Origin: Candidatus Yanofskybacteria bacterium
GTDB lineage: Bacteria; Patescibacteriota; Minisyncoccia; 2-02-FULL-40-12; GWA2-44-9
Reading direction: 5' to 3'
DNA length: 57,854 nt
Assembly (NCBI GenBank): GCA_016185505.1
Contig: JACPNL010000009.1
Span: forward strand, 1-57,854
This document shows, in pieces, positions 1 through 8,157 of the stretch. Within the stretch, counting starts at the first letter, position 1. Each line of letters opens with the position of its first letter. The position numbers and the translations under genes are program-made. The notes under the pieces are model-generated. The model was not told where the DNA came from. It did no database searches and saw nothing but the letters and a program-made list of their open reading frames with translations.

Positions 1-1349
1 ATCTTTTTCCTCTCAAGACCGGCCAAGGCCTGAAGTTTCATCTCTAATATCGCGGTAGCTTGTTTATCGGAGAATTTGAATTTTTTCACCAAATTATTGA
101 AAGCGTCTTCTTTTGAATCGGATGCTCTGATAATTTTTATTATCTCATCTATATGATCAAGCGCTTTTTTCAGGCCTTCTAAAATATGAGCTCGGTCTTT
201 AGCTTTGTTCAAATCAAATTTGGCGCGCCTTGTCACCACTTCCTTGCGATGGTCAATGAATTTCTCAAGCAATCCTTTCAATCCCAGTATCTGGGGCTGA
301 ATGCCGTCCACCAGAGCCAGCATATTGAAGTGGAACGACTTCTGAAGTTCGGTGTATTTAAAAAGCTGGTTGAGGACTTTCCTCGGAAAAGCGTCTTGTT
401 TAAGGTCTATAGCAATTCTTAAGCCGTCTTTGTCCGATTCATCCCGTATGTCCCTGATGCCGTCCATTTTTTTATCTTTAACCAGATCGGCGATGTGTTT
501 TATGAGTTCGACAACGCTAACTTGATAGGGAATCTCCGTAACGATAATCTGGAAACCTTTTCCGCCAGAGGCGGACCCGCCTCTGGCGGGTTTACCTTCC
601 ATAATTTCGGCCTTGCCCCGCATTATCAGGGGACCTCTACCGGTAGCGTAAGCGTTACGAATGTCGGTCTCGTTATATATGACGCCGCCAGTCGGAAAGT
701 CGGGACCTTTGACGAAGTTCATGAGCTCGGCAACATCGGCATCGGGACGATCGGTCAGCAACATAAGAGCGTCAAGAACCTCGCCCAAATTGTGGGGAGG
801 AATGTTGGTAGCCATACCGACGGCGATACCCATTGAACCGTTTATTAAAAGGTTGGGAACTTTGGTCGGAAGAACTCTTGGCTCTTGGACCGACGCGTCA
901 TAGTTATCTTCAAAATCAACCGTCTCTTTGTCTATATCTTCAAGCAACTCACTAGCGATAGGTGCCATGCGACATTCTGTATAACGCATGCTGGCCGCGC
1001 GGTCATCTCGCGAACCGAAATTTCCTTGACCGTCAACAAGAGGGTAGCGAAGAGAAAAATCCTGAGCCATGCGAACAAGGGAATCATAAATTGCCGCATC
1101 ACCGTGCGGGTGAAATTGGCCCATGCAATAGCCCGTCACTTTTGCCGACTTCTGATATTTGGCGCCAGGTCTCAAACCCATTTCATGCATAGAATATAAA
1201 ATCCTTCTATGAACCGGCTTCAAGCCATCCCTGACATCGGGAAGCGCCCGAGAGACAATAACGCTCATAGCATACTCCAAGTACGCCTGCTGCATCTCTT
1301 CGGTTATCTCGCGTTGTTTGATGTTTTGTTTTATGTTGTCTTCAGCCAT
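1..1349 (-). CDS. gyrA: DNA gyrase subunit A, N-terminal ~449 codons (continues past left edge)
   Basis: Reverse-strand reading from ATG at 1349 gives [55 protein letters not shown] (active-site Tyr context). It is absent from the ORF track because the frame has no stop inside the window. Confidence 0.9.
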   Translation of the reverse strand, partial: MAEDNIKQNIKQREITEEMQQAYLEYAMSVIVSRALPDVRDGLKPVHRRILYSMHEMGLRPGAKYQKSAKVTGYCMGQFHPHGDAAIYDSLVRMAQDFSLRYPLVDGQGNFGSRDDRAASMRYTECRMAPIASELLEDIDKETVDFEDNYDASVQEPRVLPTKVPNLLINGSMGIAVGMATNIPPHNLGEVLDALMLLTDRPDADVAELMNFVKGPDFPTGGVIYNETDIRNAYATGRGPLIMRGKAEIMEGKPARGGSASGGKGFQIIVTEIPYQVSVVELIKHIADLVKDKKMDGIRDIRDESDKDGLRIAIDLKQDAFPRKVLNQLFKYTELQKSFHFNMLALVDGIQPQILGLKGLLEKFIDHRKEVVTRRAKFDLNKAKDRAHILEGLKKALDHIDEIIKIIRASDSKEDAFNNLVKKFKFSDKQATAILEMKLQALAGLERKK

Positions 1350-1551
1350 AAAATGTATCTACATAATACCAAATTTATTACTAAAATTCAACTATAAATT
1401 TTCTCTTTACAAATCAAACTAAAAAGCAAGCGATGCTTGCTTTTTAGTTATTTCTCAAAGCCGACGCTTCGGTTCTCGGAATGGGGCATCGCCCACTCCT
1501 GGGGAACTCTGTCGGCTCCCCGACCCTTTGGCGTCGGGGTTTCTCAATATC

Positions 1552-1950
1552 TTAGTTTCTTAATTTCTTATACTCTGACAACGGCAATGTATAAACTTTC
1601 CCACTTTCAAGCTCTATCTTCTCTTGTTGTTGGTTGTCGGTTGCTGTGTCCCGTACCGTGCTTTGCTCTGGTACTGGGGTCGGTGGTCGGTTCGTGAATA
1701 ACCCCGACACCAGTCCCTTAACTTCACCGACTGACTGCCAGATAAAACCAAATAGCGACGGAGTCGGCGCGTTCTCCACGGCCAGCATTTTATCAACCTC
1801 TTCGGGAGGGTTCATCAGCGCGTAAAGATTTTTCTGAAAAGAGCGGAACCATATCATCCCGATTAATAAAACGGTTACGAAAACCGAGAGACCAAACATT
1901 ATCTCTCTGGTGTGCTGGGGTTGGTTTTTTATGTCGTCAAGAAAGGACAA
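1552..1950 (-). CDS. hypothetical membrane-anchored protein
   Basis: 132-aa ORF with one hydrophobic helix (IMFGLSVFVTVLLIGMIWF). The C-terminal half is encoded partly by a GC-rich repeat that is also present at 16100-16150. Confidence 0.5.
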   Translation of the reverse strand: MSFLDDIKNQPQHTREIMFGLSVFVTVLLIGMIWFRSFQKNLYALMNPPEEVDKMLAVENAPTPSLFGFIWQSVGEVKGLVSGLFTNRPPTPVPEQSTVRDTATDNQQQEKIELESGKVYTLPLSEYKKLRN

Positions 1951-2013
1951 TTTTTGAGCGTGGAGCGTGGAGCGTGGAGCGTGGTCTTAAAACCACATTC
2001 TACTTTCTACGTT

Positions 2014-2697
2014 CTACATGCTAAATACTACTAATTTCATTTCTTCCATCGGCAAATTCTTTTTTGCTATTTTATATTTACCTGCCCCGAGCGAAGCCGA
2101 GGGGTCTACTTTTTCGGGCGTCAGCCCCAATTCCTTTATGAACTTATCGGGTCCGTCTACGTCTATCTTCAAGTCCTTGACCTTGTAGTGCATTGGAATG
2201 ACGATCTTCGGCTCTATCTCTCCTATCGCCTGGACCGCTTCTTTATAATCAATAGTGTACTTGCCTCCGACCGGGAGCATCAATATATCAACATCGCCGA
2301 TATCATCCAGCTGGTTCTTATCAAACTCTGCTTGACCGAAGTCGCCCATATGGCAAATTACCATATCCTCCGCTTTTATTACATATATAGTATTAAGTCC
2401 TCTTTCTTTACCTTCAACTTTATCATGAAACGAAAGAATGCCCCTCACATATATGCCTTGCTTCTCATATTCCCCGGGGCCGTCAATTATCATTGCTTGT
2501 TCAGGAGCGCCCTCCACGTTATTGTGGTCATAATGCTGATGCGTCACCAAAACAAGATCGTCTTTGACGCGAGGCGGCTTCAAACCAATGTCTTTGGAAA
2601 AAGGGTCAATAAGAATACTTGCTTGTCCTGAGCCAGTCGAAGGGCCCCCTTTTGCTTCTATCCTGAAGCAGGAATGTCCGAACCAGGTGATAGTCAT
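2014..2697 (-). CDS. MBL-fold metal-dependent hydrolase (UPF0173-like)
   Basis: MTITWFGHSCF start, HxHxDH-type motif THQHYDH, 227 aa. Confidence 0.75.
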   Translation of the reverse strand: MTITWFGHSCFRIEAKGGPSTGSGQASILIDPFSKDIGLKPPRVKDDLVLVTHQHYDHNNVEGAPEQAMIIDGPGEYEKQGIYVRGILSFHDKVEGKERGLNTIYVIKAEDMVICHMGDFGQAEFDKNQLDDIGDVDILMLPVGGKYTIDYKEAVQAIGEIEPKIVIPMHYKVKDLKIDVDGPDKFIKELGLTPEKVDPSASLGAGKYKIAKKNLPMEEMKLVVFSM

Positions 2698-2700
2698 ACC

Positions 2701-2838
2701 TAAAGTATAACAAATAAATTTTCAATTATCAATTCTCAATTATCAATGAATTTTCAATGTTTCAATTATCAAATCCAAGTATTTAGTGTTTGAAAATTGA
2801 TAAATTTAATCATTGATTGAAAATTGTAAAATTGGAAA
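2701..2838. repeat. AT-rich long imperfect hairpin built from caattatcaat / attgataa words
   Basis: The left arm (ttcaattatcaattctcaattatcaatg..) is roughly the reverse complement of the right arm (..cattgattgaaaattg..). Confidence 0.6.
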
Positions 2839-2892
2839 TTGGAAATTAATAACTTGCTTTTAGTCAAGTTTCTGGTTATACTCCGTCAACAT

Positions 2893-3963
2893 ATGGACTT
2901 AACCACATCACCCATAAAAACAATGAAGGACCTTCTGGCTAAGGAGGAGTTTTATCTACCGAAACCAGGAACCATACTGCAGGGCCAAATAATAAATGTC
3001 TCCAAAAGCAGCGTGATCATTGACCTTGGTACCGCCGGCATCGGCATAGTTTATCCGGGTGAATTCTACGACAATCCGGAAAGGATGAAAGCGCTGAAGC
3101 CCGGGGACACTGTCTCGGCAATGCTTGTAGAGATGGAGAACGAAGACGGTTATCGGGAGCTGTCTTTAAGGTCGGCCCAAATGACAACTGCCTGGCAGGA
3201 TATAAAAGAAAAGATGGACAAAGAAGAGATACTGATAACCACAGTCATCAATATAAATAAGGGTGGATTGATAGTTGAAGTTAGCGGAGTCCAGGGATTC
3301 TTGCCATTATCCCAGCTCTCTCCCGAACACTACCCCAAGATAGAGGGAGGCGATACAACCAAGATCGTTCAAGCCCTACAAAAATTCAAGGGACAGGAAT
3401 TAAAAGTAAAGATACTTGATTTTTCTGAATCAGAGAACAAGCTGATCGTTTCCGAGAAAGCGATACTGGAAGATCTTACAAAGGAAGAGCTCAAAAAGTT
3501 CAACGTCGGCGATATGGTGGACGGCACGATAACCGAAGTGACGGATTTCGGAGCTTTTGTAAAATTGAGCGACAACTTGGACGCTTTGATACACTCTTCG
3601 GAGATTGATTGGAAATTTATAGAAGACCCCAGAGCAGTTCTCCGTATCGGCGATAAAATAAAAGCTAAGATAATAAATCTAGACGGAGGCAGAGTTGCTC
3701 TCTCTCTAAAAGCCCTGAAACCCGATCCCTGGGAAACGGTTGAAGAAAAATTCCAGGTCGGACAGAAAGTCAGAGGCAAAGTCATCAAGGTCCGCTCAGG
3801 CGGCGCGTTTGTAGAACTGACTAGCGAAATCGTCGGATTCCTCCCCGCGATCGAATCGGGCGAAAAGAAACTTGAAGAAACAGTCAAAGTCGGCGAGGAA
3901 TACAATTTCGCCATCGTCAGTATTGACGCCAAAGATCACAAGATAGTTCTCACGCTGGAATAA
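2893..3963 (+). CDS. rpsA: 30S ribosomal protein S1-like (four S1/OB repeats)
   Basis: Repeated G.I..V..FGAFV-type S1 motifs (GTITEVTDFGAFVKL, GKVIKVRSGGAFVEL). The start is set at the first ATG (2893); the track ORF begins at TTG 2839. Confidence 0.8.
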   Translation: MDLTTSPIKTMKDLLAKEEFYLPKPGTILQGQIINVSKSSVIIDLGTAGIGIVYPGEFYDNPERMKALKPGDTVSAMLVEMENEDGYRELSLRSAQMTTAWQDIKEKMDKEEILITTVININKGGLIVEVSGVQGFLPLSQLSPEHYPKIEGGDTTKIVQALQKFKGQELKVKILDFSESENKLIVSEKAILEDLTKEELKKFNVGDMVDGTITEVTDFGAFVKLSDNLDALIHSSEIDWKFIEDPRAVLRIGDKIKAKIINLDGGRVALSLKALKPDPWETVEEKFQVGQKVRGKVIKVRSGGAFVELTSEIVGFLPAIESGEKKLEETVKVGEEYNFAIVSIDAKDHKIVLTLE

Positions 3964-4135
3964 AATCTCCAATCTCCAGAGTCTAAAACCCAAAACACAG
4001 GAACTAAAGCACAAAACACAGAAACCGAAACGTTTGTGTTTTCGGCAGTTTGTGTGCTGTGTTTTATTTGTGTTTTGTGGAATCTGTGCTTTGTGCTTTA
4101 AACTTTAAATTTTTTAGGATTTAGAGATTTTACAA
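3964..4135. repeat. long imperfect hairpin (aaaacacag / ctgtgtttt words) after rpsA
   Basis: aatctccaatctcc..cacaaaacac on the left is mirrored by gtgttttgtg..ggatttagagatt on the right. Confidence 0.55.
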
Positions 4136-4138
4136 AAG

Positions 4139-4167
4139 TTTGACTAAACTTTTGTAATGATGTATAA
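4139..4167 (+). promoter_or_regulatory. near-consensus sigma70 promoter with a palindrome around the -35
   Basis: TTGACT (4139-4144), 17-nt spacer, TATAAT (4162-4167). The -35 sits inside the inverted repeat tacaaaagtt..aacttttgta. Confidence 0.7.
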
Positions 4168-4540
4168 TCTGGACAGTCGTTAGTTCGTTAACCCCGACTC
4201 CGCCTAGGCGGGGCCACAACAAAGTCCTGCTTTCGGGTGGGCAAAGGAGACAATGTGGCCAAAACCACAGCTCCGACGCTTCCGGTCGGAGCCCCGACTG
4301 TCAACGTCGGGGTCGTCGCTACCCCAGGTACCATTCGGCACCTGGCTACGCTCGGGCCGAAAGTTCGGCTCGTGGTATTCAAGTTTTGGGTTCGGAGCGA
4401 ACTGGTGCCGGCCTGCATTCCCCGGCTGCCCATCAACAGGTCTGCTCAACACCAAGGGCGACTACGCATTCGTCGGCGCGAGAGTCGCCGGAGAAAAAAT
4501 CTCAACGAGATTCAAAAAGGGGAAGTCGGTTGACGTCAAG
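4168..4540 (+). ncRNA. GC-rich, heavily hairpinned ~370-nt leader / candidate ncRNA
   Basis: Consecutive stems are ccgc-ctag-gcgg, gtgg-ccaaaa-ccac, ctccgac-N6-gtcggag, ccccgac-N6-gtcgggg, ccaggt-N10-acctgg, cgggcc..ggctcg and ggcgac..gtcgcc. The in-frame translation here is W/R-rich and not protein-like. Confidence 0.4.
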
Positions 4541-4921
4541 ATGAGCGACGTGCGATTCACATTCGTTCATCGAAAGAGCATCAGCAACGCTCCTCCTCAC
4601 AAGAATTTTGTGGAGAGATTCAATCAGCTGGTCAACGCTTTCGTTGACTTTACCAAGTTGAATCTCTGGATGACGGAGGCGTATGTGAATCCGTATCTGA
4701 ACGAAGACGGCACCACCGGCAAGGGCAGTGTACTGATGTTGGATTGCGCCGGTCGCAAAGAAGCCGTCAAGCCGGATGGCAAGCCTGTGATGGCATATGA
4801 AGGTGGTCGAGAGAAGCTGGAAAACGGCTTCACGCAGGGCATTGGCCCGAAGGTTTCCATCTTGAACAAAGCCAGCGAGCTGAAACTCGCCGGCAAAAAG
4901 GTTCAGCTGGTATCACCGTAA
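4541..4921 (+). CDS. hypothetical protein, 126 aa (island cassette 1)
   Basis: First ATG in the protein-like part of the 4253..4921 ORF (MSDVRFTFVHRKS...). A weak purine-rich RBS (aaaggggaag) lies ~15 nt upstream. No family is recognised. Confidence 0.5.
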   Translation: MSDVRFTFVHRKSISNAPPHKNFVERFNQLVNAFVDFTKLNLWMTEAYVNPYLNEDGTTGKGSVLMLDCAGRKEAVKPDGKPVMAYEGGREKLENGFTQGIGPKVSILNKASELKLAGKKVQLVSP

Positions 4922-4958
4922 CCGCCGTATAACTAGCAATTGCTAGTTATACGGCGGT
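4921..4958. repeat. perfect 38-nt palindrome directly after the stop codon
   Basis: accgccgtataactagcaa|ttgctagttatacggcggt, centre GCAATTGC. Confidence 0.9.
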
Positions 4959-4988
4959 ATGAATATTTTGAGCGGACGATGTCCGCCA

Positions 4989-5008
4989 GCCCCGACCACG
5001 GTCGGGGC
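4989..5008 (+). terminator. GC hairpin gccccgac-cacg-gtcggggc
   Basis: 8-bp GC stem followed by a T-rich tract. It belongs to the ccccgac/gtcgggg hairpin family. Confidence 0.5.
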
Positions 5009-5034
5009 ATTCGTTTATTCACTTGCTTACAACT

Positions 5035-5068
5035 GTCTACAGATTCCGCAATTGCGGAATCTGTAGAC
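5035..5068. repeat. perfect 34-nt palindrome
   Basis: gtctacagattccgcaa|ttgcggaatctgtagac, with the same GCAATTGC centre as 4921-4958. Confidence 0.9.
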
Positions 5069-5096
5069 ACACTTCCCGCACATCCGACACAAACAC

Positions 5097-5124
5097 TTGA
5101 CAAAATTTGTGAGAGGAGTATAAT
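5097..5124 (+). promoter_or_regulatory. near-consensus sigma70 promoter
   Basis: TTGACA (5097-5102), 16-nt spacer, TATAAT (5119-5124). Confidence 0.7.
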
Positions 5125-5361
5125 GAAGGCAGAACATTAATACTAGGCGAGCAGAAAAGAGGTGACTTGAAGCCAATGTCGAAATGTCGATATATCGATA
5201 TTTTGGAGCCAAATCCCCTCTTTTCTGCAGTCCTGCTCCGTCTGGAAGCAGGCGGGGGAGGGGCCCGTCTCGTACGAAGTAGGACGCCCTAGGCGTCCGC
5301 AACTTCGTATCGGGATTCGTCAACCAACGTCAGTGCCCATTACGGGCGAAGGAGGCCAACC
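5125..5361 (+). promoter_or_regulatory. structured ~235-nt leader made of three long hairpins
   Basis: gcagaaaagagg (5151) pairs with cctcttttctgc (5217) around an atatcgatat core. cctgct..agcagg forms a second stem. acgaagt..acttcgt encloses ggacgcc-ctag-gcgtcc. The leader ends in the RBS gaaggagg (5348-5355). Confidence 0.5.
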
Positions 5362-6183
5362 ATGGCCAAGACCAAGAGCAGAGTGAAGAAGATGACGGCG
5401 ACAGAGGTTCCGTTTCCGACCAACGAGTTGTCGAACGTCGAGAAGGCGGACCTCGCGACGGCAACGGCCGCCGCCGAGACGACGACCAAGGACGGCGAGG
5501 CAAGCGATCGCTTGCCGTACCCCCCGCGAACCAAGGACGGCCAGGAAGCGTTCCTGGCGCTCGGGAAGTCCATCCCGAGCTGGCTCTGGGTCGCGCGAGC
5601 CCGAGCGCTCGGCCACTCGATGGCCGCGGACGAGGTGCGTGAGATCATCGCGTACGATGGACCGGAAGTGACCTGCACCGCGCCGAGCGGACAGTGCGCG
5701 TACCGGTTCCAGCCGGTGCGGATGGCCCACGTCGACCCCGCGACCGGGGCGCTCCAGACCGACGAGCGCGTCGTGTCGGAGTCGAACCCGGCCGGCATCG
5801 CGTACCGCGGCGCCTTCTTGGCGGTCCCTGTGGACCCCAAGAACCAGCACTCGAAGCTGCGGGTGCTCGGTCCGCTGTGTCAGCGTGACCAGCGTTCCCT
5901 CTCGGCGTCCTACAAGGATGCCGGGTGGTTCGTCAAGTCCTTCGGCAAGGCCGAGGCCGAGGCGTTCGTCGCGGCGACGAACGCCAAGAAGGATGCCGGA
6001 CGCGCGGCGTACCTCGCCCGCAAGGACGAGAACGCTCGGGCACTCGGCCTGGTGACCGAGGACGGGCAGCGCGTGGAAAGGGGCGGCGGACGGTTCCGCG
6101 GCAACCCCCACATGGCCACCGCCGGTCGTCAGGGTCGGCGGAACGCCGACCCGCGCGAGCGCAACATCGGGAACCGCGGCTAA
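5362..6183 (+). CDS. hypothetical protein, 273 aa, strikingly GC-rich (island cassette 2)
   Basis: AGGAGG RBS 7 nt upstream of the ATG. Third codon positions are almost all G/C in this frame. The C-terminus is Arg/Gly-rich. No family is recognised. Confidence 0.65.
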   Translation: MAKTKSRVKKMTATEVPFPTNELSNVEKADLATATAAAETTTKDGEASDRLPYPPRTKDGQEAFLALGKSIPSWLWVARARALGHSMAADEVREIIAYDGPEVTCTAPSGQCAYRFQPVRMAHVDPATGALQTDERVVSESNPAGIAYRGAFLAVPVDPKNQHSKLRVLGPLCQRDQRSLSASYKDAGWFVKSFGKAEAEAFVAATNAKKDAGRAAYLARKDENARALGLVTEDGQRVERGGGRFRGNPHMATAGRQGRRNADPRERNIGNRG

Positions 6184-6203
6184 CCCCGCGTTCCCGAGAG
6201 CAA

Positions 6204-6235
6204 CCCCTCACCTTTCGAGACCGAAAGGTGAGGGG
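6204..6235 (+). terminator. perfect 14-bp hairpin cccctcacctttcg-agac-cgaaaggtgagggg
   Basis: Read directly from the sequence. It is related to the hairpins at 7940 and 36651. Confidence 0.6.
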
Positions 6236-6241
6236 CACGTA

Positions 6242-6294
6242 CCCGGAAGGAGGGTGGAGGCACAACCTCCTCCCCTCCTCCGGGTCGTTTTTTT
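6242..6294 (+). terminator. Rho-independent-type terminator
   Basis: cccggaaggagggtggagg..cctcctcccctcctccggg stem followed by tcgttttttt. Confidence 0.7.
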
Positions 6295-6344
6295 AAGTAT
6301 TTGTTCAAGAGTTAAGAGTTCGTCAGAGAAGTTTTGTCCCCGAC

Positions 6345-6378
6345 CGAAATATAATAAGCATATGCTCATTATATTTCG
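6345..6378. promoter_or_regulatory. 34-nt near-perfect palindrome containing TATAAT on both strands (operator/promoter candidate)
   Basis: cgaaatataataagcat|atgctcattatatttcg with one mismatch, ~55 nt upstream of the GTG start at 6434. Confidence 0.4.
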
Positions 6379-6433
6379 ATGTAAGATTTTTCTGGTGAGT
6401 TCTTAAACAAAGCGTCAAAGGAGGGCGCTAAAC

Positions 6434-7912
6434 GTGAAAAGTGACAGGAACTGGTATCGCCAGCTTGGCGAGTACCGAAGAACGAAAGATGGACGAAAAA
6501 TCAGAGGCTTTATTGGCGCCACGATGCATTTGATCCGCCTTTGCGGAAAAAATATCGCCGTTGATTGCGGCATTGGATTCGATAAAAGTGATGAGATTCA
6601 GAAACAGTATGTGCCCGACGGCAACTGGCTGAACGGGACTCGTATTGATCTGATCATTCTCACCCATAAGCATTTGGATCACGTCGGCGCGCTTGTCCGA
6701 CTCGTGCATCATCATCCTGAAGCGCTGATTTTCATGTCAGCCAAGACATTTGAAGGCGCGCGTATCGCCATCGAGGACTCCCTGAATATCTGGCGTAAAG
6801 AAGCCGAGAACGCCCGGCGGAACGGCCTACCCATTCCCGAGCCGATCTTCACCGAGGAGATGGCTGACGCGTTCTATAACAATCCCAACCTGAAGGTGTT
6901 TGATGCACCCTACTGGCTTGACCCGCAGGAAGACCTGCGCGGACAGTGGCCGGGATGGGAGATGGGGTTCTACGATGCCGGCCACGATGTCGGTGCTGTA
7001 TCCACGTACATGCTTTTGCCGAATGGCAAGTATTTCTATCTGACCGGCGATGTAGCCAGTCACGATCAGGAAAACGCCCGTGGCGTGCTTCTGCCGCCGG
7101 ATAATTTTCTTGGCGACTTCTTTGACCGCCCAGGAACGATGGTTACCGAGGCAACCAACGGTGACCGCCGGATGGAAAAACCGCGCGAGCAGTTAGTCGA
7201 GGAAATTGGCCAATTTGCCAGAGAGGTTGATGCGAGAGGTGGCGTTCTTCTGGATGCCGTATTTGCCGGAACAAAAGCCGGCAACGACATGGTCATGTTC
7301 AACAACCTCGGCTACAAAGTTGTCGTTGACGGCCTTGCCCGCGATCATATCCGAGTTGAAGTGCCGGACATTGAGGAGCGGCTGAAGGACGGCCGAGTAT
7401 TCTTCATTGAAGAAGGTAAGAGTAAGGATAAGAAGGAGCTCGCCTGGAAACAGCGGGCCGAGTATGTGGCCGGTCTTCACGGCTTTGTACCCATCATCGC
7501 CCCTTCGGCGACGCTTGATCAGGGTTTCGCCGCATCGGCTTACGCGCCGGTGATACTTGAGGGCGAAAAGAATGCGGCGGTCTTCACTAGTCACATCTTT
7601 GACGATTCAACCACGCAAAGATTGTTCAACGTCAAGCGTGGCCGGACGATCAAGATGAAGAAGTTCGTCAACGGACGGCTCGAACCGATTCGAGTTAACG
7701 TCCGCTGTGACATTCGTCATTTTAACAGATCATCTCACGACTATCAGGACGGGCTGGTGGAGAGGGTTCGGCTCGCAAGGCCGGAGACGCTCATCGTCCA
7801 CCATTGCCCCGGCAAGGAATCGTTCAACGCCTTCGCCGAACGAGTGCATTCCCTGCCTCCCCCCCCGAAGAAACCGATCTGGGGACTGAATGGCAGAAAG
7901 ATATTCATCTAG
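6434..7912 (+). CDS. beta-CASP family metallo-beta-lactamase-fold nuclease (RNase J / CPSF73 / SNM1-like), 492 aa (island cassette 3)
   Basis: GTG start 8 nt after aaaggaggg. Motifs appear in order: THKHLDHVG (HxHxDH), DAGHDVG, LTGDVAS, VTEATNG (beta-CASP A), FTSHIF (B), LIVHHCPG (C). Confidence 0.75.
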   Translation: MKSDRNWYRQLGEYRRTKDGRKIRGFIGATMHLIRLCGKNIAVDCGIGFDKSDEIQKQYVPDGNWLNGTRIDLIILTHKHLDHVGALVRLVHHHPEALIFMSAKTFEGARIAIEDSLNIWRKEAENARRNGLPIPEPIFTEEMADAFYNNPNLKVFDAPYWLDPQEDLRGQWPGWEMGFYDAGHDVGAVSTYMLLPNGKYFYLTGDVASHDQENARGVLLPPDNFLGDFFDRPGTMVTEATNGDRRMEKPREQLVEEIGQFAREVDARGGVLLDAVFAGTKAGNDMVMFNNLGYKVVVDGLARDHIRVEVPDIEERLKDGRVFFIEEGKSKDKKELAWKQRAEYVAGLHGFVPIIAPSATLDQGFAASAYAPVILEGEKNAAVFTSHIFDDSTTQRLFNVKRGRTIKMKKFVNGRLEPIRVNVRCDIRHFNRSSHDYQDGLVERVRLARPETLIVHHCPGKESFNAFAERVHSLPPPPKKPIWGLNGRKIFI

Positions 7913-7939
7913 CATAAAATAGCGGTTTAGCCGCAATTC

Positions 7940-7978
7940 GTCCCTCACTTTTCGACAGAAAACAGAAAGGTGAGGGAC
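7940..7978 (+). terminator. hairpin gtccctcactttt..aaaggtgagggac followed by T-rich tract
   Basis: Read directly from the sequence. It is a paralogue of the 6204 hairpin. Confidence 0.6.
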
Positions 7979-7992
7979 TTTAAATTTTTAAA

Positions 7993-8022
7993 ACGAATAC
8001 GTAAACCGGTTTACGTATTCGT
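7993..8022. repeat. perfect 30-nt palindrome
   Basis: acgaatacgtaaacc|ggtttacgtattcgt. Confidence 0.9.
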
Positions 8023-8104
8023 TAAATCAGAATTATGCCCTCATATACCCATATACCATTATATAGGGATGTTTCTCGCGCATAACTTTACAAAACATAA
8101 AAGA

Positions 8105-8133
8105 TTGACATATAATGAAACCTATGTAATAAT
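8105..8133 (+). promoter_or_regulatory. sigma70-type promoter with extended -10
   Basis: TTGACA (8105-8110), 17-nt spacer ending in TGt, AATAAT (8128-8133). RBS aaggagg at 8144-8150. Confidence 0.6.
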
Positions 8134-8157
8134 ACAGACAAGAAAGGAGGCCGAGAA

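Noticed and set aside
1957-1983. Considered CRISPR or other arrays: tandem gagcgtg x4 here and gtagcgca x3-4 at 19725 and 54203.
   Set aside because: The units are 7-8 nt with no spacers, so they are simple tandem repeats rather than CRISPR.
4253-4540. N-terminal 96 codons of the 222-aa ORF 4253..4921.
   Set aside because: The translation is W/R/G/S-rich and non-protein-like, and it coincides with consecutive hairpins. The region is more likely a structured leader, so the CDS is called from ATG 4541.
4168-4540. Considered RNase P RNA or tmRNA because of length, GC content and an 'aaagtcc' string.
   Set aside because: There is no GAGGAAAGTCCGGGC (CR-I) or GGTAAGGGTGAAA-type conserved region, no tRNA-like 3' end and no tag ORF.
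5320-6296. Multiple long ORFs on both strands across the GC-rich segment (5320..6111 -, 5340..5840 -, 5925..6296 +, 5933..6265 -, and others).
   Set aside because: High-GC DNA lacks stop codons in all frames. Only 5362..6183 has an RBS, a start context and a G/C-dominated third position, so the others are treated as shadow ORFs.
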